Positions 1 to 8,057 of a stretch of DNA of 35,713 nt are shown here, piece by piece. Within the stretch, counting starts at the first letter, position 1; each line of letters opens with the position of its first letter. The notes below the pieces were generated by a model, which was given only the letters and a program-made list of their open reading frames with translations, ran no database searches and was not told where the DNA came from. Where the stretch lies: the sequence record SRR31156797_3020, one strand, 5' to 3'. The translations under genes were made by a program, and so were the position numbers.

Positions 1-2
1 GA

Positions 3-1019
3 TTAAAAAGGCATGACGCGATTTCTGCCAAGTTTCTTCGCTTCATAAAGCTTTCTATCTGCCCGTTCGACTATTGCTTCTGGTGTGTCGTTTGGCATTT
101 TTTCAGCCACACCAAAAGAGGCGGTAATACTGCTCACTTGTTCGCTGGTGCGACGATCTTTCACGTTGAGCTTTTCAATCGAAGTACGCAGCATTTCCGC
201 AAATTGTCGTGCAACCCTTAGAGATTTGTGCGGAACCAAAAGGGCAAACTCTTCACCACCATAACGATAAGCGGTAATGCCCGCCTGACAGGTACTCTGC
301 AGACGTTTGGCGATTGCGCGGATCACCGTATCACCAAACAAGTGGCCGTACTCATCGTTGAAAACTTTGAAATGATCGATATCGAGGAAAATCAGGCTAA
401 GGGTTTCTTCTGCGTGGATCAATGAGGCTAAGTCATCATCAAAAGCGCGTCGGTTATACAAACCAGAAAGGCTATCAAACAGAGCCGCTTTATGAACCTG
501 AGCTAATTGTGTTTTTAAACGGGAAATCTCCTGACTGGCGTTGTTTAACTGATCATTCAGGAAGTTGGTTGAATGGCGTATTCCTTGTGATTCACTGACT
601 AAATCACGAATGACCTCCATCGCCTCTTCAATCGATAGGTTTTGATCTTGAACTTTTTCTAAATTGCTAAAGCTTCTGTCAATGACTTCAGAAAATGCGT
701 TAGTGTCCGATAGGGCATCATCCATAGAGCTTGAAAGCTCATGGACTAAAATTTCTACGTTTTGCTTTAGTTGGTTCACATTCGTTTCGGTTTTCGAGGC
801 TATGTAGTCTTTATAAAGTTGGTCACCCGTTGCAACCGGACAGAAACCAAAGCTGTTTAAAATATAATCAAGTTCTAGGTTCAGTTCTGGTATGGCGTTA
901 TCCACGTACGTATACCATAAGGCATAGTTAGCCGGCGTAGCAGCGATACGATGCTTCATCATCAGTGGTACGGTTTTTTTTAGATTTGAAGTTGCTTTTT
1001 TAAAGTCGTCTTCGTTCAT
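3..1019 (-). CDS. Cytoplasmic diguanylate cyclase (coiled coil + GGDEF), resembles Vibrio VdcA-type DGCs
   Basis: DSLSGLYNRRAF, LDIDHFK..ND.YGH..GD, YRYGGEEF and AKKLGRN motifs; no TM segment; no RxxD I-site before GGEEF. Confidence 0.93.
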   Translation of the reverse strand: MNEDDFKKATSNLKKTVPLMMKHRIAATPANYALWYTYVDNAIPELNLELDYILNSFGFCPVATGDQLYKDYIASKTETNVNQLKQNVEILVHELSSSMDDALSDTNAFSEVIDRSFSNLEKVQDQNLSIEEAMEVIRDLVSESQGIRHSTNFLNDQLNNASQEISRLKTQLAQVHKAALFDSLSGLYNRRAFDDDLASLIHAEETLSLIFLDIDHFKVFNDEYGHLFGDTVIRAIAKRLQSTCQAGITAYRYGGEEFALLVPHKSLRVARQFAEMLRTSIEKLNVKDRRTSEQVSSITASFGVAEKMPNDTPEAIVERADRKLYEAKKLGRNRVMPF

Positions 1020-1217
1020 CTTTTATTAGTTTTTTAAGGCGTCGTAAGTAATAAGTTAAGATTAGCGGAAATAAAGGGGCAGTGCTCTAAAAATAGCGTT
1101 TAATTGAGCCTTGTGGCATAGAATACTGTCAATTTTGATGTAACGATGTTTTAACTGACTGCTGAGATGAATGTGTTGTCGTTCACTATAGTCGACATCT
1201 ATTACTGCCCCCCACGC

Positions 1218-2111
1218 TTACAGCGTAGCGAGTTTGAGCTGGCGACGTTTTTTGGTGATGATAAGCAATTGAGGTAGGAGCGAAACAATGATCATCCCGA
1301 ACATCAAACTGTATTGATGAAGATCGTAGATTTCATTCATTAATAGCCCACCACACACAATGCCCGCAATTGGGTTTGCGATACCTGCAAAGGTAAAGTC
1401 AACAATCGACATTCTTTGTAACAGCCACACATAGAGGCTATACGCTATCGCTGTATTGAGCACAATAAGCCATAGTAGGCCAATAGTGTTACTTAGGTTC
1501 AACTGAGTCAGTGCAGAGACATAAGGTTCAGGTAGCGTTAGTGCGTGAATGATGGCAAACAGCGTTAATACGACACCGCCTATAATTAATTGCCAAGTTA
1601 ATACTGTCCACCAGTCTATTTTTCCACCTAATGATTGAGTCAAAGTCGAGCCTAAAACAATACATAAGATAGCGCACAGCATTGCGGTTAAACCAAGCGT
1701 ACTTAAGCGGATAGCCTGAGGATCAAATAGAAACCACGCCATGGCGATCAACAGGATGCCACTCACAATTTGAACAACTGATGGGGCTTTACGATTGAAT
1801 AACCAATGGAAAACCATCGCAAAGACAGGGACAGAAACCATACCGACACCTGATATTGCAGAAGGTAAAGTCATTGCCATGACGAAAATTAAGCTGAAGA
1901 ACGCTGCGATGTTCACCAGACCGATAGTGATTAGCGGTTTCCAGCTTCCTTTACTCGGCAAGCTCGGTTTTAGGGCAAGCAGAATAAGTCCTGCTGGCAA
2001 AGCGCGCAATGCACCCAGTAATAACGGTGGCCAACCTGCCAGCGTGTATTGAGTCACTGCGTAAGTCGTTCCCCAGAAAAAGGCGGGGATCATGGCAAAT
2101 AAAATATTCAT
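1218..2111 (-). CDS. pecM: EamA/DMT family transporter, PecM-like
   Basis: Start MNILFAMIPAFFWGTTY at 2111; PPLLLGALRALPAG motif; about 10 hydrophobic segments; divergent from a PecS-like MarR gene. Confidence 0.85.
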   Translation of the reverse strand: MNILFAMIPAFFWGTTYAVTQYTLAGWPPLLLGALRALPAGLILLALKPSLPSKGSWKPLITIGLVNIAAFFSLIFVMAMTLPSAISGVGMVSVPVFAMVFHWLFNRKAPSVVQIVSGILLIAMAWFLFDPQAIRLSTLGLTAMLCAILCIVLGSTLTQSLGGKIDWWTVLTWQLIIGGVVLTLFAIIHALTLPEPYVSALTQLNLSNTIGLLWLIVLNTAIAYSLYVWLLQRMSIVDFTFAGIANPIAGIVCGGLLMNEIYDLHQYSLMFGMIIVSLLPQLLIITKKRRQLKLATL

Positions 2112-2117
2112 ACTAAG

Positions 2118-2135
2118 TATCTTTATGTGAAGATA
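2118..2135. promoter_or_regulatory. Palindromic MarR/PecS-type operator TATCTT-N6-AAGATA (second degenerate copy at about 2177-2195)
   Basis: Perfect 6-bp arms in the pecM-pecS intergenic region; related TATCTTTACGTTGAAGTAT about 60 bp further on. Confidence 0.7.
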
Positions 2136-2241
2136 TTTTGCTGGCGAATTTATAGCAAAAATTAGTACTTGTAAAGTATCTTTACGTTGAAGTATTTTAT
2201 AACCCACTAGGTAACCGAAGAACTGAAGAGCAATAAAATTA

Positions 2242-2724
2242 ATGGATGCAGTGGATAGAGCGCTTGAACAATGGAATAAAGAGCGACCAGACCTTGATAC
2301 CACGCCAATGGCGATGATTAGTCGATTAATGCGTTTGGGTAAAATACTGGAAATGCGAATCGCGGAAGTGCACAAGCGCTATGGGTTAACCATGGGGGAG
2401 TTTGATGTACTTGCCACACTCCGCCGAGCTGGGGCACCGTATCGGTTAACGCCTTCGGAACTATTAGATTCCATGTTATTGACGTCCGGAGCCATGACTA
2501 ACCGGTTGGATAAGCTTGAAAAAAAATCATTAATTCTTCGTCACCATAGCAAAACGGATCGCCGTAGTGTTGAAGTTGAGTTAACCGACAAAGGATTCGC
2601 TTTGATTGAAGAACTGATTGTGGAGCATGTCAAAGCTCAAGAAGAACTTGTTCGTTCGTTGACTCAGCAAGAGCTACAACAAGTCGGGCAAAGCTTAGAA
2701 CTATGGTTAAGGACATTTGATTAG
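2242..2724 (+). CDS. pecS: MarR family regulator, PecS/UrtR-like
   Basis: N-terminal D.VD....QW..ERPDLD helix, EFDVLATLRRAG, LTPSEL, SGAMTNRLDKLE, DRRS wing motif. Confidence 0.85.
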   Translation: MDAVDRALEQWNKERPDLDTTPMAMISRLMRLGKILEMRIAEVHKRYGLTMGEFDVLATLRRAGAPYRLTPSELLDSMLLTSGAMTNRLDKLEKKSLILRHHSKTDRRSVEVELTDKGFALIEELIVEHVKAQEELVRSLTQQELQQVGQSLELWLRTFD

Positions 2725-2753
2725 GGTCAACAGATCCTAGTGTCGGAGGCAAA

Positions 2754-3125
2754 GTGAACATCATTGATACAAAACAGTTGGAAGAGTATTTATCACAGCT
2801 ACCTCAAGTTGAAGTCTGTTACCCTTTTGGGCCAGATCCCATGGTGTTCAAAATTCGCGGCAAAATGTTTGCCTATTTAGCGCTGGATAACCCCCTACCT
2901 TTTGTGACTTTAAAAGCACAGCCGCAGGATGGTGCGTTTTTGACAGACCAGTACTCGGCAATTAAACCCGGTTATCATATGAACAAGCGCCATTGGATAT
3001 CGGTATTGTTGAGTGGTGATGTTGAACCGTCAATGGCAGAAGAGCTTTGTTTGCGCTCTTTTCAGTTGGTGGTCAGTAAGCTTAAAAAATCCGATAGAGA
3101 AGCCATTCAACTATTAATGCCCTAA
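2754..3125 (+). CDS. MmcQ/YjbR family protein
   Basis: YPFG...VFKI.GKMFA and PGYHMNKRHWISV motifs; GTG start after GGAGG. Confidence 0.9.
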   Translation: MNIIDTKQLEEYLSQLPQVEVCYPFGPDPMVFKIRGKMFAYLALDNPLPFVTLKAQPQDGAFLTDQYSAIKPGYHMNKRHWISVLLSGDVEPSMAEELCLRSFQLVVSKLKKSDREAIQLLMP

Positions 3126-3127
3126 AA

Positions 3128-3160
3128 CAAAACATGCAGCTGAAGGGCTGCATGTTGTTG
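3128..3160. terminator. Bidirectional intrinsic terminator between convergent genes
   Basis: AACATGCAGC-TGAAGG-GCTGCATGTT stem at 3131-3156 with A-rich and T-rich flanks. Confidence 0.75.
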
Positions 3161-3176
3161 TTGTCGAGTTTGCTGC

Positions 3177-4103
3177 TTATACCGTATGAGAAGGCTGAGC
3201 CGAGGATTCGATTTGCTTCGCACCTCTTAGCATCGCTTCAATCAATTCGGTGGCGTTAAATTTCTCAAGTGCTTCATGGGCACCAACTTGATGCGCTCTA
3301 TCGACACATATCTCACTGGATAGCGAAGTATGCAAAATAATATACGCGTGGCTTAATGACGTATCATTTTGCACTTCAAAAGCCAGTTCGTAGCCATCTA
3401 AACCTGGCATTTCAATATCACTCACCAGAATATCAATCGCGTTGCCTTCGTTCGCTAACTTCTTCATTAAATCCGCTGCTTCTAAGCCATTTTTGCAGAT
3501 TTGATAAGGAATATTAATTCTGTCTAACGCGTCAGCAAGCTGCTTACGAGCAATCGAGGAGTCATCCACCAACAGAATGTTTAACGCTTTAAGTCTCTCG
3601 CGTTCGATATCGGTCAGCATCGGAACTTTGGTGGATTCATACTGCGGGTAGATTTTCGACAGTAGCAGTTCAACGTCTAATAGTTGAACGATATGATCGT
3701 TGTAGCGAGTAATACCAGTGACGAACACATTCTTACCCGCTGTGGTTGGGGAAGATTCAATCGAGCGCCAATCACAGTCAATGATCTTTTCGATACTGCG
3801 CACCATAAATGCCACCACAGTTCTCAAACAATCGGTCACGATCAAGTAGCATTTTTCATACTCACTTGGGTCTATTGGTCTAAAACCAATCGCCGCCGCC
3901 ATATCAATCACAGGAATGGTTAACTTACGGAAGTTTACCGTTCCTACTACATGGTGGTGAGAATAAGGAATTTGAGTCATAGGCATATAAGGCACTATTT
4001 CGCGTACTTTTAATGTTCCGATAGCGAACAACTGCTTTTGCAGGTTCAACGTAAACATTAACATCCCTTGAGACTGATTTGCCTTGCTGATTGTTTTAGC
4101 CAT
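3177..4103 (-). CDS. cheV: Chemotaxis protein CheV (CheW + receiver domain)
   Basis: FAIGTLKVREI and IPVIDM (CheW domain); ILLVDDS, SDIEMPGLDG and LHTSLS (receiver); start MAKTISKANQ at 4103. Confidence 0.93.
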   Translation of the reverse strand: MAKTISKANQSQGMLMFTLNLQKQLFAIGTLKVREIVPYMPMTQIPYSHHHVVGTVNFRKLTIPVIDMAAAIGFRPIDPSEYEKCYLIVTDCLRTVVAFMVRSIEKIIDCDWRSIESSPTTAGKNVFVTGITRYNDHIVQLLDVELLLSKIYPQYESTKVPMLTDIERERLKALNILLVDDSSIARKQLADALDRINIPYQICKNGLEAADLMKKLANEGNAIDILVSDIEMPGLDGYELAFEVQNDTSLSHAYIILHTSLSSEICVDRAHQVGAHEALEKFNATELIEAMLRGAKQIESSAQPSHTV

Positions 4104-4264
4104 GGTGCAACTACTTCTTAAACGGGTACTCATATCTATACTAACTGATATTACCGTATCATCAACGGCTGGTATTGATTTAGATAATGAAAGTTGAGAA
4201 AAGCGGGGTGCGTCGCTTTTTAGCTTGATGTAGACTCACGGCTTTCAAAATGGGAGAGAACAAG

Positions 4265-4543
4265 ATGGCAAAAACGGCAGCGGCCCTTCACATACTGGTT
4301 AAGCACAAAGAGCAAGCGGAAGATATCATTAAGCAGCTTAAAAAAGGCGCTAAGTTTCAAGTGCTGGCGAAAAAGCACTCTTTATGCCCTTCGGGTAAGA
4401 AAGGCGGCGATCTTGGCGAGTTTCGTCAAGGCCAAATGGTGCCTCAGTTTGATAAAGCCTGTTTTAAAGGAGAAATCTTGACGCCACAACTGGTTAAAAC
4501 CAAGTTTGGTTGGCATGTGGTGAAAGTGCTATACAGAACTTAA
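4265..4543 (+). CDS. ppiC: Parvulin peptidyl-prolyl cis-trans isomerase
   Basis: [35 protein letters not shown] motifs; 92 aa. Confidence 0.96.
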   Translation: MAKTAAALHILVKHKEQAEDIIKQLKKGAKFQVLAKKHSLCPSGKKGGDLGEFRQGQMVPQFDKACFKGEILTPQLVKTKFGWHVVKVLYRT

Positions 4544-4763
4544 TGCTTTTTACGGCAAAGGCATACGATATTAACTTATTTTTCCCGAGAAACTGCCACC
4601 CATACCGAATATGACAGGTGATTAAGAAAAACTCGGCCCAAAGTTTCTTTTACCTTTAGCTAACCTATTGATTATAAATTGAACTGCCATTAAAAAGGCG
4701 GCATGATAGGACAATGAAATACTGTGAAAAGCCGTATAGATAGGGTTAGTTGTAGGGATAAAT

Positions 4764-5789
4764 ATGAAGTATCCAGTTCCATTAGGTAAAGGTAGTAGAG
4801 TTGCTATAACAGCATTTTCTTCAGGTGTTCCAAGTTCGCTTCACAAGCGTCTGGATATTGTAATCGAGAACCTAAAGAATCAAGGTTTCGAAGTCATTGA
4901 AGGTGAATGCCTGCGTGAAAATACGAAACATGTTAGTGCCTGTGCAAAACATCGGGCTGCGGAGTTTATGCAATTTCTGTGTGATGATACGATTAATGCA
5001 GTAATACCTCCTTGGGGAGGTGAATTTGCCATGGATATATTACCGCTACTTGACTATGAGAAATTGCAAACCGTTAAGCCCAAATGGATCTTGGGATATT
5101 CAGATGTAAGTACGGTTTCTACGGCTTTAATGACAAAACTCGGTTGGGTAACGGTTCATTGCTCAAACCTAATGGATCTTCATCCGAATGAGCCTGATAG
5201 GCTTACATCTAGCACTTTGAATTGGTTAACTAAGGCTGAAGGTTCAGATTTTGAGCAGCATTCATCAAAATATTATCAATTAGATGGAAGTTCATTTTCT
5301 GATGAGCCTAATTTCATTCTAAACGTGACAGAGCCAACAGTCTGGAAGCTATCAGGAAACCAAGAGGTTGAGTTCAGCGGTCGTCTTATTGGCGGTTGTT
5401 TTGACACTATGATGCACCTAATTGGCACTGAATATTTTGATATTCATCTTCTGCACAATAAATTCAAAGCAGATGGTCTCATACTCTATTTAGAAAATGT
5501 TGAAATGTCTCCAACAGTTTTTAAGAGAGCACTACAAAGCTTAAAGTATAAAGGTGTATTCGAACTCTGTAATGGACTGCTCATTGGGAGGAGCTCAGTA
5601 TTAGACAAATGTGGCAAAGACATCACTATTCAAGACGCATTAATTGAAGTTACTAAGAGCTTGGAAATTCCTGTTGTTTATGATGTGGATATTGGCCATT
5701 TACCACCAAATATGACATTACTCAACGGTTCATATGCTGAGGTCGTAGTAAATGGTAGTGCAGGAAAAATACGTCAGACGCTGAAATAA
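4764..5789 (+). CDS. S66 family LD-carboxypeptidase / MccF-like peptidase (cassette 1)
   Basis: PPWGGE, GYSD (catalytic Ser), GRLIGGC, ILYLE and DIGHLPP (His) motifs. Confidence 0.9.
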   Translation: MKYPVPLGKGSRVAITAFSSGVPSSLHKRLDIVIENLKNQGFEVIEGECLRENTKHVSACAKHRAAEFMQFLCDDTINAVIPPWGGEFAMDILPLLDYEKLQTVKPKWILGYSDVSTVSTALMTKLGWVTVHCSNLMDLHPNEPDRLTSSTLNWLTKAEGSDFEQHSSKYYQLDGSSFSDEPNFILNVTEPTVWKLSGNQEVEFSGRLIGGCFDTMMHLIGTEYFDIHLLHNKFKADGLILYLENVEMSPTVFKRALQSLKYKGVFELCNGLLIGRSSVLDKCGKDITIQDALIEVTKSLEIPVVYDVDIGHLPPNMTLLNGSYAEVVVNGSAGKIRQTLK

Positions 5790-5795
5790 TCAACG

Positions 5796-5917
5796 AACTA
5801 ACTGCCCAAGACAGACCACCAAGGCTCGGCGGTTTTGCTTCTGGTTAGGTTTGGTGTTTTATGGTGGTGTTTTTAACTTTTATGGTTTGTTGGCTGCCAC
5901 TTAACTGGGCGTTATGT
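5796..5917 (+). repeat. Degenerate attC site (Vibrio-repeat type), 122 bp
   Basis: Starts AACTAAC 7 bp after the stop; ends GCTGCCACTTAACTGGGCGTTATGT, a typical Vibrio attC right end; GT-rich middle. Confidence 0.75.
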
Positions 5918-5953
5918 GTCACAGATGTTCCCACAAAAATGGAGAGTAATGCT

Positions 5954-6565
5954 ATGCGATTTATCTATGTCATGGATCCTATGTGTGCTTGGTGCTTTGC
6001 TTTTCAACCTGAGTTGGAGCAATTCTTGGAAAAGCATCCAACGGCAGAGGTTGATTGGATAATGGGTGGCCTAGCTCCTGATAATGATGAACCTATGGAT
6101 GATAACCTGAAGGAAACCATTTCTTCTTATTGGTATCAAATCGAGAAGGTGTCTAACGTAACTTTTAATCATAGTTACTGGGAGTTGAACACACCTTATC
6201 GTTCAACCTATCAAGCTTGTAGGGCCGTCATATCCGCCGAAAACATGGTAGAAAGTAGCGCTGAGAAAATGGTAAAGGCTATCCAATCAGCTTATTACGT
6301 TGAAGCTAAAAATCCGTCGTTGAATCAAACATTGATTGACTGCGCTAAGTCGCTCAATTTGAGTGAAAGCCAGTTTGCACTCAAATTGAAATCGAAAGAA
6401 ATAGAGCAGCAGTTTCAGGAGCATTTATATATAGCAGCTCGTTTACAGGTAAGTGGTTTTCCGGCTCTTTTCTATGTCTCAGAAAGTAATCAGGCTTATC
6501 CTCTAGCGCTTGGATATTGTAAGTCAGAGGAGCTTTCAAAGCGATTTAGCCAAGTAAACAGATAA
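5954..6565 (+). CDS. DsbA/FrnE-like thioredoxin-fold protein (cassette 2)
   Basis: YVMDPMCAWC CxxC motif, MGGLAPD, VSGFPAL cis-Pro motif; ATG at 5954 after GGAGAG. Confidence 0.88.
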   Translation: MRFIYVMDPMCAWCFAFQPELEQFLEKHPTAEVDWIMGGLAPDNDEPMDDNLKETISSYWYQIEKVSNVTFNHSYWELNTPYRSTYQACRAVISAENMVESSAEKMVKAIQSAYYVEAKNPSLNQTLIDCAKSLNLSESQFALKLKSKEIEQQFQEHLYIAARLQVSGFPALFYVSESNQAYPLALGYCKSEELSKRFSQVNR

Positions 6566-6675
6566 CAAAAAGTTCGGCATACATGGCATTTGTTAGTATG
6601 CGTTAACTTTACGATTTATGGTGGTATGTGGCGACATTGGTATTACGTTACTCACCGCTTAAGCGTGCGTTATGC
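6560..6675 (+). repeat. Degenerate attC site, 116 bp, left arm partly deleted
   Basis: AGATAACAAA overlaps the stop codon; internal TGGCATTT..TATGCGTT..GGTGGTATG..GGTATT; ends CTCACCGCTTAAGCGTGCGTTATGC. Confidence 0.78.
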
Positions 6676-6691
6676 CTTTGGGGAGAAATAC

Positions 6692-7189
6692 ATGTCAATA
6701 CCAGAGCATTCTAAGTTGTTTGATTATGCCCAAGGGGCTTATTTCGCTGATAGCTATTCACGCGAAATTCCTAACAAAAATCAGACCGCACTCGATGTCT
6801 ATCTTGAAATCGCGAGACAAACACCTGCGTGGGTTTCATTGTTAATGGCAGCGCGAAATCGCATCGTATCTATGCTCGGTTTAAAGCACTTAGGCCGACT
6901 TCAGGATGCGAGTTCAGCGGAAAATCCAGCGAATATTAGTGTTGGTGAAAGAATCGGTATTTTTACGTTACACAGCAATAGTGATACTGAAATTGTCCTA
7001 GAGGACAGTGATAAACATCTAGATGTAAGAGTATCGTTTTTACTGGACGTAGTTGGCGATAAAATCACGGTTCACGCAACCACTGTGGTGCATGTACATA
7101 ATATGTTTGGCAAAGTGTATATGTTTTTTGTTGCTCCAGTTCACAAGCTCATCGTCCCTAGTACTTTGAATACGTTGGCAAAGGCATAA
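6692..7189 (+). CDS. DUF2867-like protein (cassette 3)
   Basis: YFADSY, P.WV..LM..RN.IV...GLK, IGIF, D.DKHLD.RVS, HN.FGKVYM..VAP.HK.IVP pattern; ATG at 6692 after GGAGA. Confidence 0.82.
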   Translation: MSIPEHSKLFDYAQGAYFADSYSREIPNKNQTALDVYLEIARQTPAWVSLLMAARNRIVSMLGLKHLGRLQDASSAENPANISVGERIGIFTLHSNSDTEIVLEDSDKHLDVRVSFLLDVVGDKITVHATTVVHVHNMFGKVYMFFVAPVHKLIVPSTLNTLAKA

Positions 7190-7270
7190 CAAATGCTTTA
7201 GATGGATTTGCAACGCGTATCGGTAATGACTTCTTCGCGTCACACTACGTAGCCCATTTCTATTTAAGCA
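7184..7270 (+). repeat. Truncated attC site (left half only)
   Basis: GCATAACAAATGCTTTAGATGGATTTGCAACGCGT matches the left arm of Vibrio repeats; no closing GTTRRRY found at the expected distance. Confidence 0.65.
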
Positions 7271-7356
7271 TCACTTGCGCTCATCAAATCTTAAAAATTA
7301 ATCATTTACGTCAATATTGCTTAATTATTGTCATTTCCGTAAGTTCACCGTCACTC

Positions 7357-7380
7357 TATAATTAATCAGCCATTTAATTA
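7357..7380 (+). promoter_or_regulatory. -10 box TATAAT overlapped by inverted repeat TAATTAA-N8-TTAATTA (probable TetR operator)
   Basis: TATAAT at 7357-7362; IR arms at 7359-7365 and 7374-7380, just upstream of tetR. Confidence 0.55.
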
Positions 7381-7394
7381 AAGAGACTCTACGT

Positions 7395-8057
7395 GTGACC
7401 ACCCAGAATAGAAAAGCAGGTCGTCCCAGGGACAACAATATAGACGTTAGGAAAAAGCTTATCGAGCATGCTCGTGAACTGTTCACGTCTATGCCTTACG
7501 ATAAAGTTTCAAATCGTCAAATTGCCAATCAAGCTGGTGTGAACATAGCGATGATTCACTATTATTTCGGTAATAAAGAAGGGTTGTTTGAAACGGTAAT
7601 ACGAGAAACGATCAATCCTATGAAAGAACGCATACAATTGATGGTCAAAGACAGTTCACAAAAGAACTTTCTCGACATTATGCGAACCTACTACCATGAA
7701 ATGTACAAAATTCCACAGTTTCCCCGTTTAGTGTTTCAAATCATGCACATGGATACTTCGGAGACGCAGCGAAAACTGTTCGAAAAAGTGTTCGCTGATA
7801 TCAGTCAACCCATGCAAACGGTGATGTTTGACAAGCTCGTTAACAGCAATATCCTCAAGCCTGCTGTTGAGCCTGAATTATGTAAAGTTTCCTATTTTAG
7901 CTTGATGGCCTTTCCATTTATTGCCCCGCCTGGGCTCCTTTCTCTCCACGGCATTGAGCTTTCAGAAGATTTCCTTAACCGGCTGCTTGAACACAACATC
8001 AAACTGATGACGGAAGGCATGCTACAACCCCAAAACTTGCAGGATGAACACTTATGA
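7395..8057 (+). CDS. TetR/AcrR family regulator of the efflux operon
   Basis: GRPR, IANQAGVNIAMIHYYFGNKEGLF HTH motif; stop overlaps the next start (ATGA). Confidence 0.93.
   Translation: MTTQNRKAGRPRDNNIDVRKKLIEHARELFTSMPYDKVSNRQIANQAGVNIAMIHYYFGNKEGLFETVIRETINPMKERIQLMVKDSSQKNFLDIMRTYYHEMYKIPQFPRLVFQIMHMDTSETQRKLFEKVFADISQPMQTVMFDKLVNSNILKPAVEPELCKVSYFSLMAFPFIAPPGLLSLHGIELSEDFLNRLLEHNIKLMTEGMLQPQNLQDEHL

Larger units (their letters stand above)
4745..7250 (+). mobile_element. Array of three decayed integron gene cassettes with no integrase in the window (CALIN-like)
   Basis: Each gene starts shortly after a GTT core and ends in a complementary inverse core: GTTAGTT 4745/AACTAAC 5796; GTTATGT 5911/AGATAAC 6560; GTTATGCCTTTG 6669/CAAAGGCATAAC 7179-7190. 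Spacers are 116-122 bp and Vibrio-repeat-like. Confidence 0.75.

Noticed and set aside
1076-1211. 8-bp inverted repeat GGGGCAGT...ACTGCCCC spanning the intergenic region, a possible MITE
   Set aside because: Too short, no target duplication and no second copy in the window.
1218-2375. 385-aa version of the EamA ORF, and similarly extended versions of srlB, srlD, srlE, cheV and merR
   Set aside because: The extensions overlap neighbouring genes or lack an SD; internal starts match the family N-termini.
4140-4200. Sigma-28 promoter for cheV
   Set aside because: TAAA and GCCG elements on the minus strand are 9 bp apart rather than about 15.
5861-5953. N-terminal extensions of the ORF-track calls 5861..6565 and 6590..7189
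   Set aside because: They are translations through attC DNA; the SD-supported starts are 5954 and 6692.
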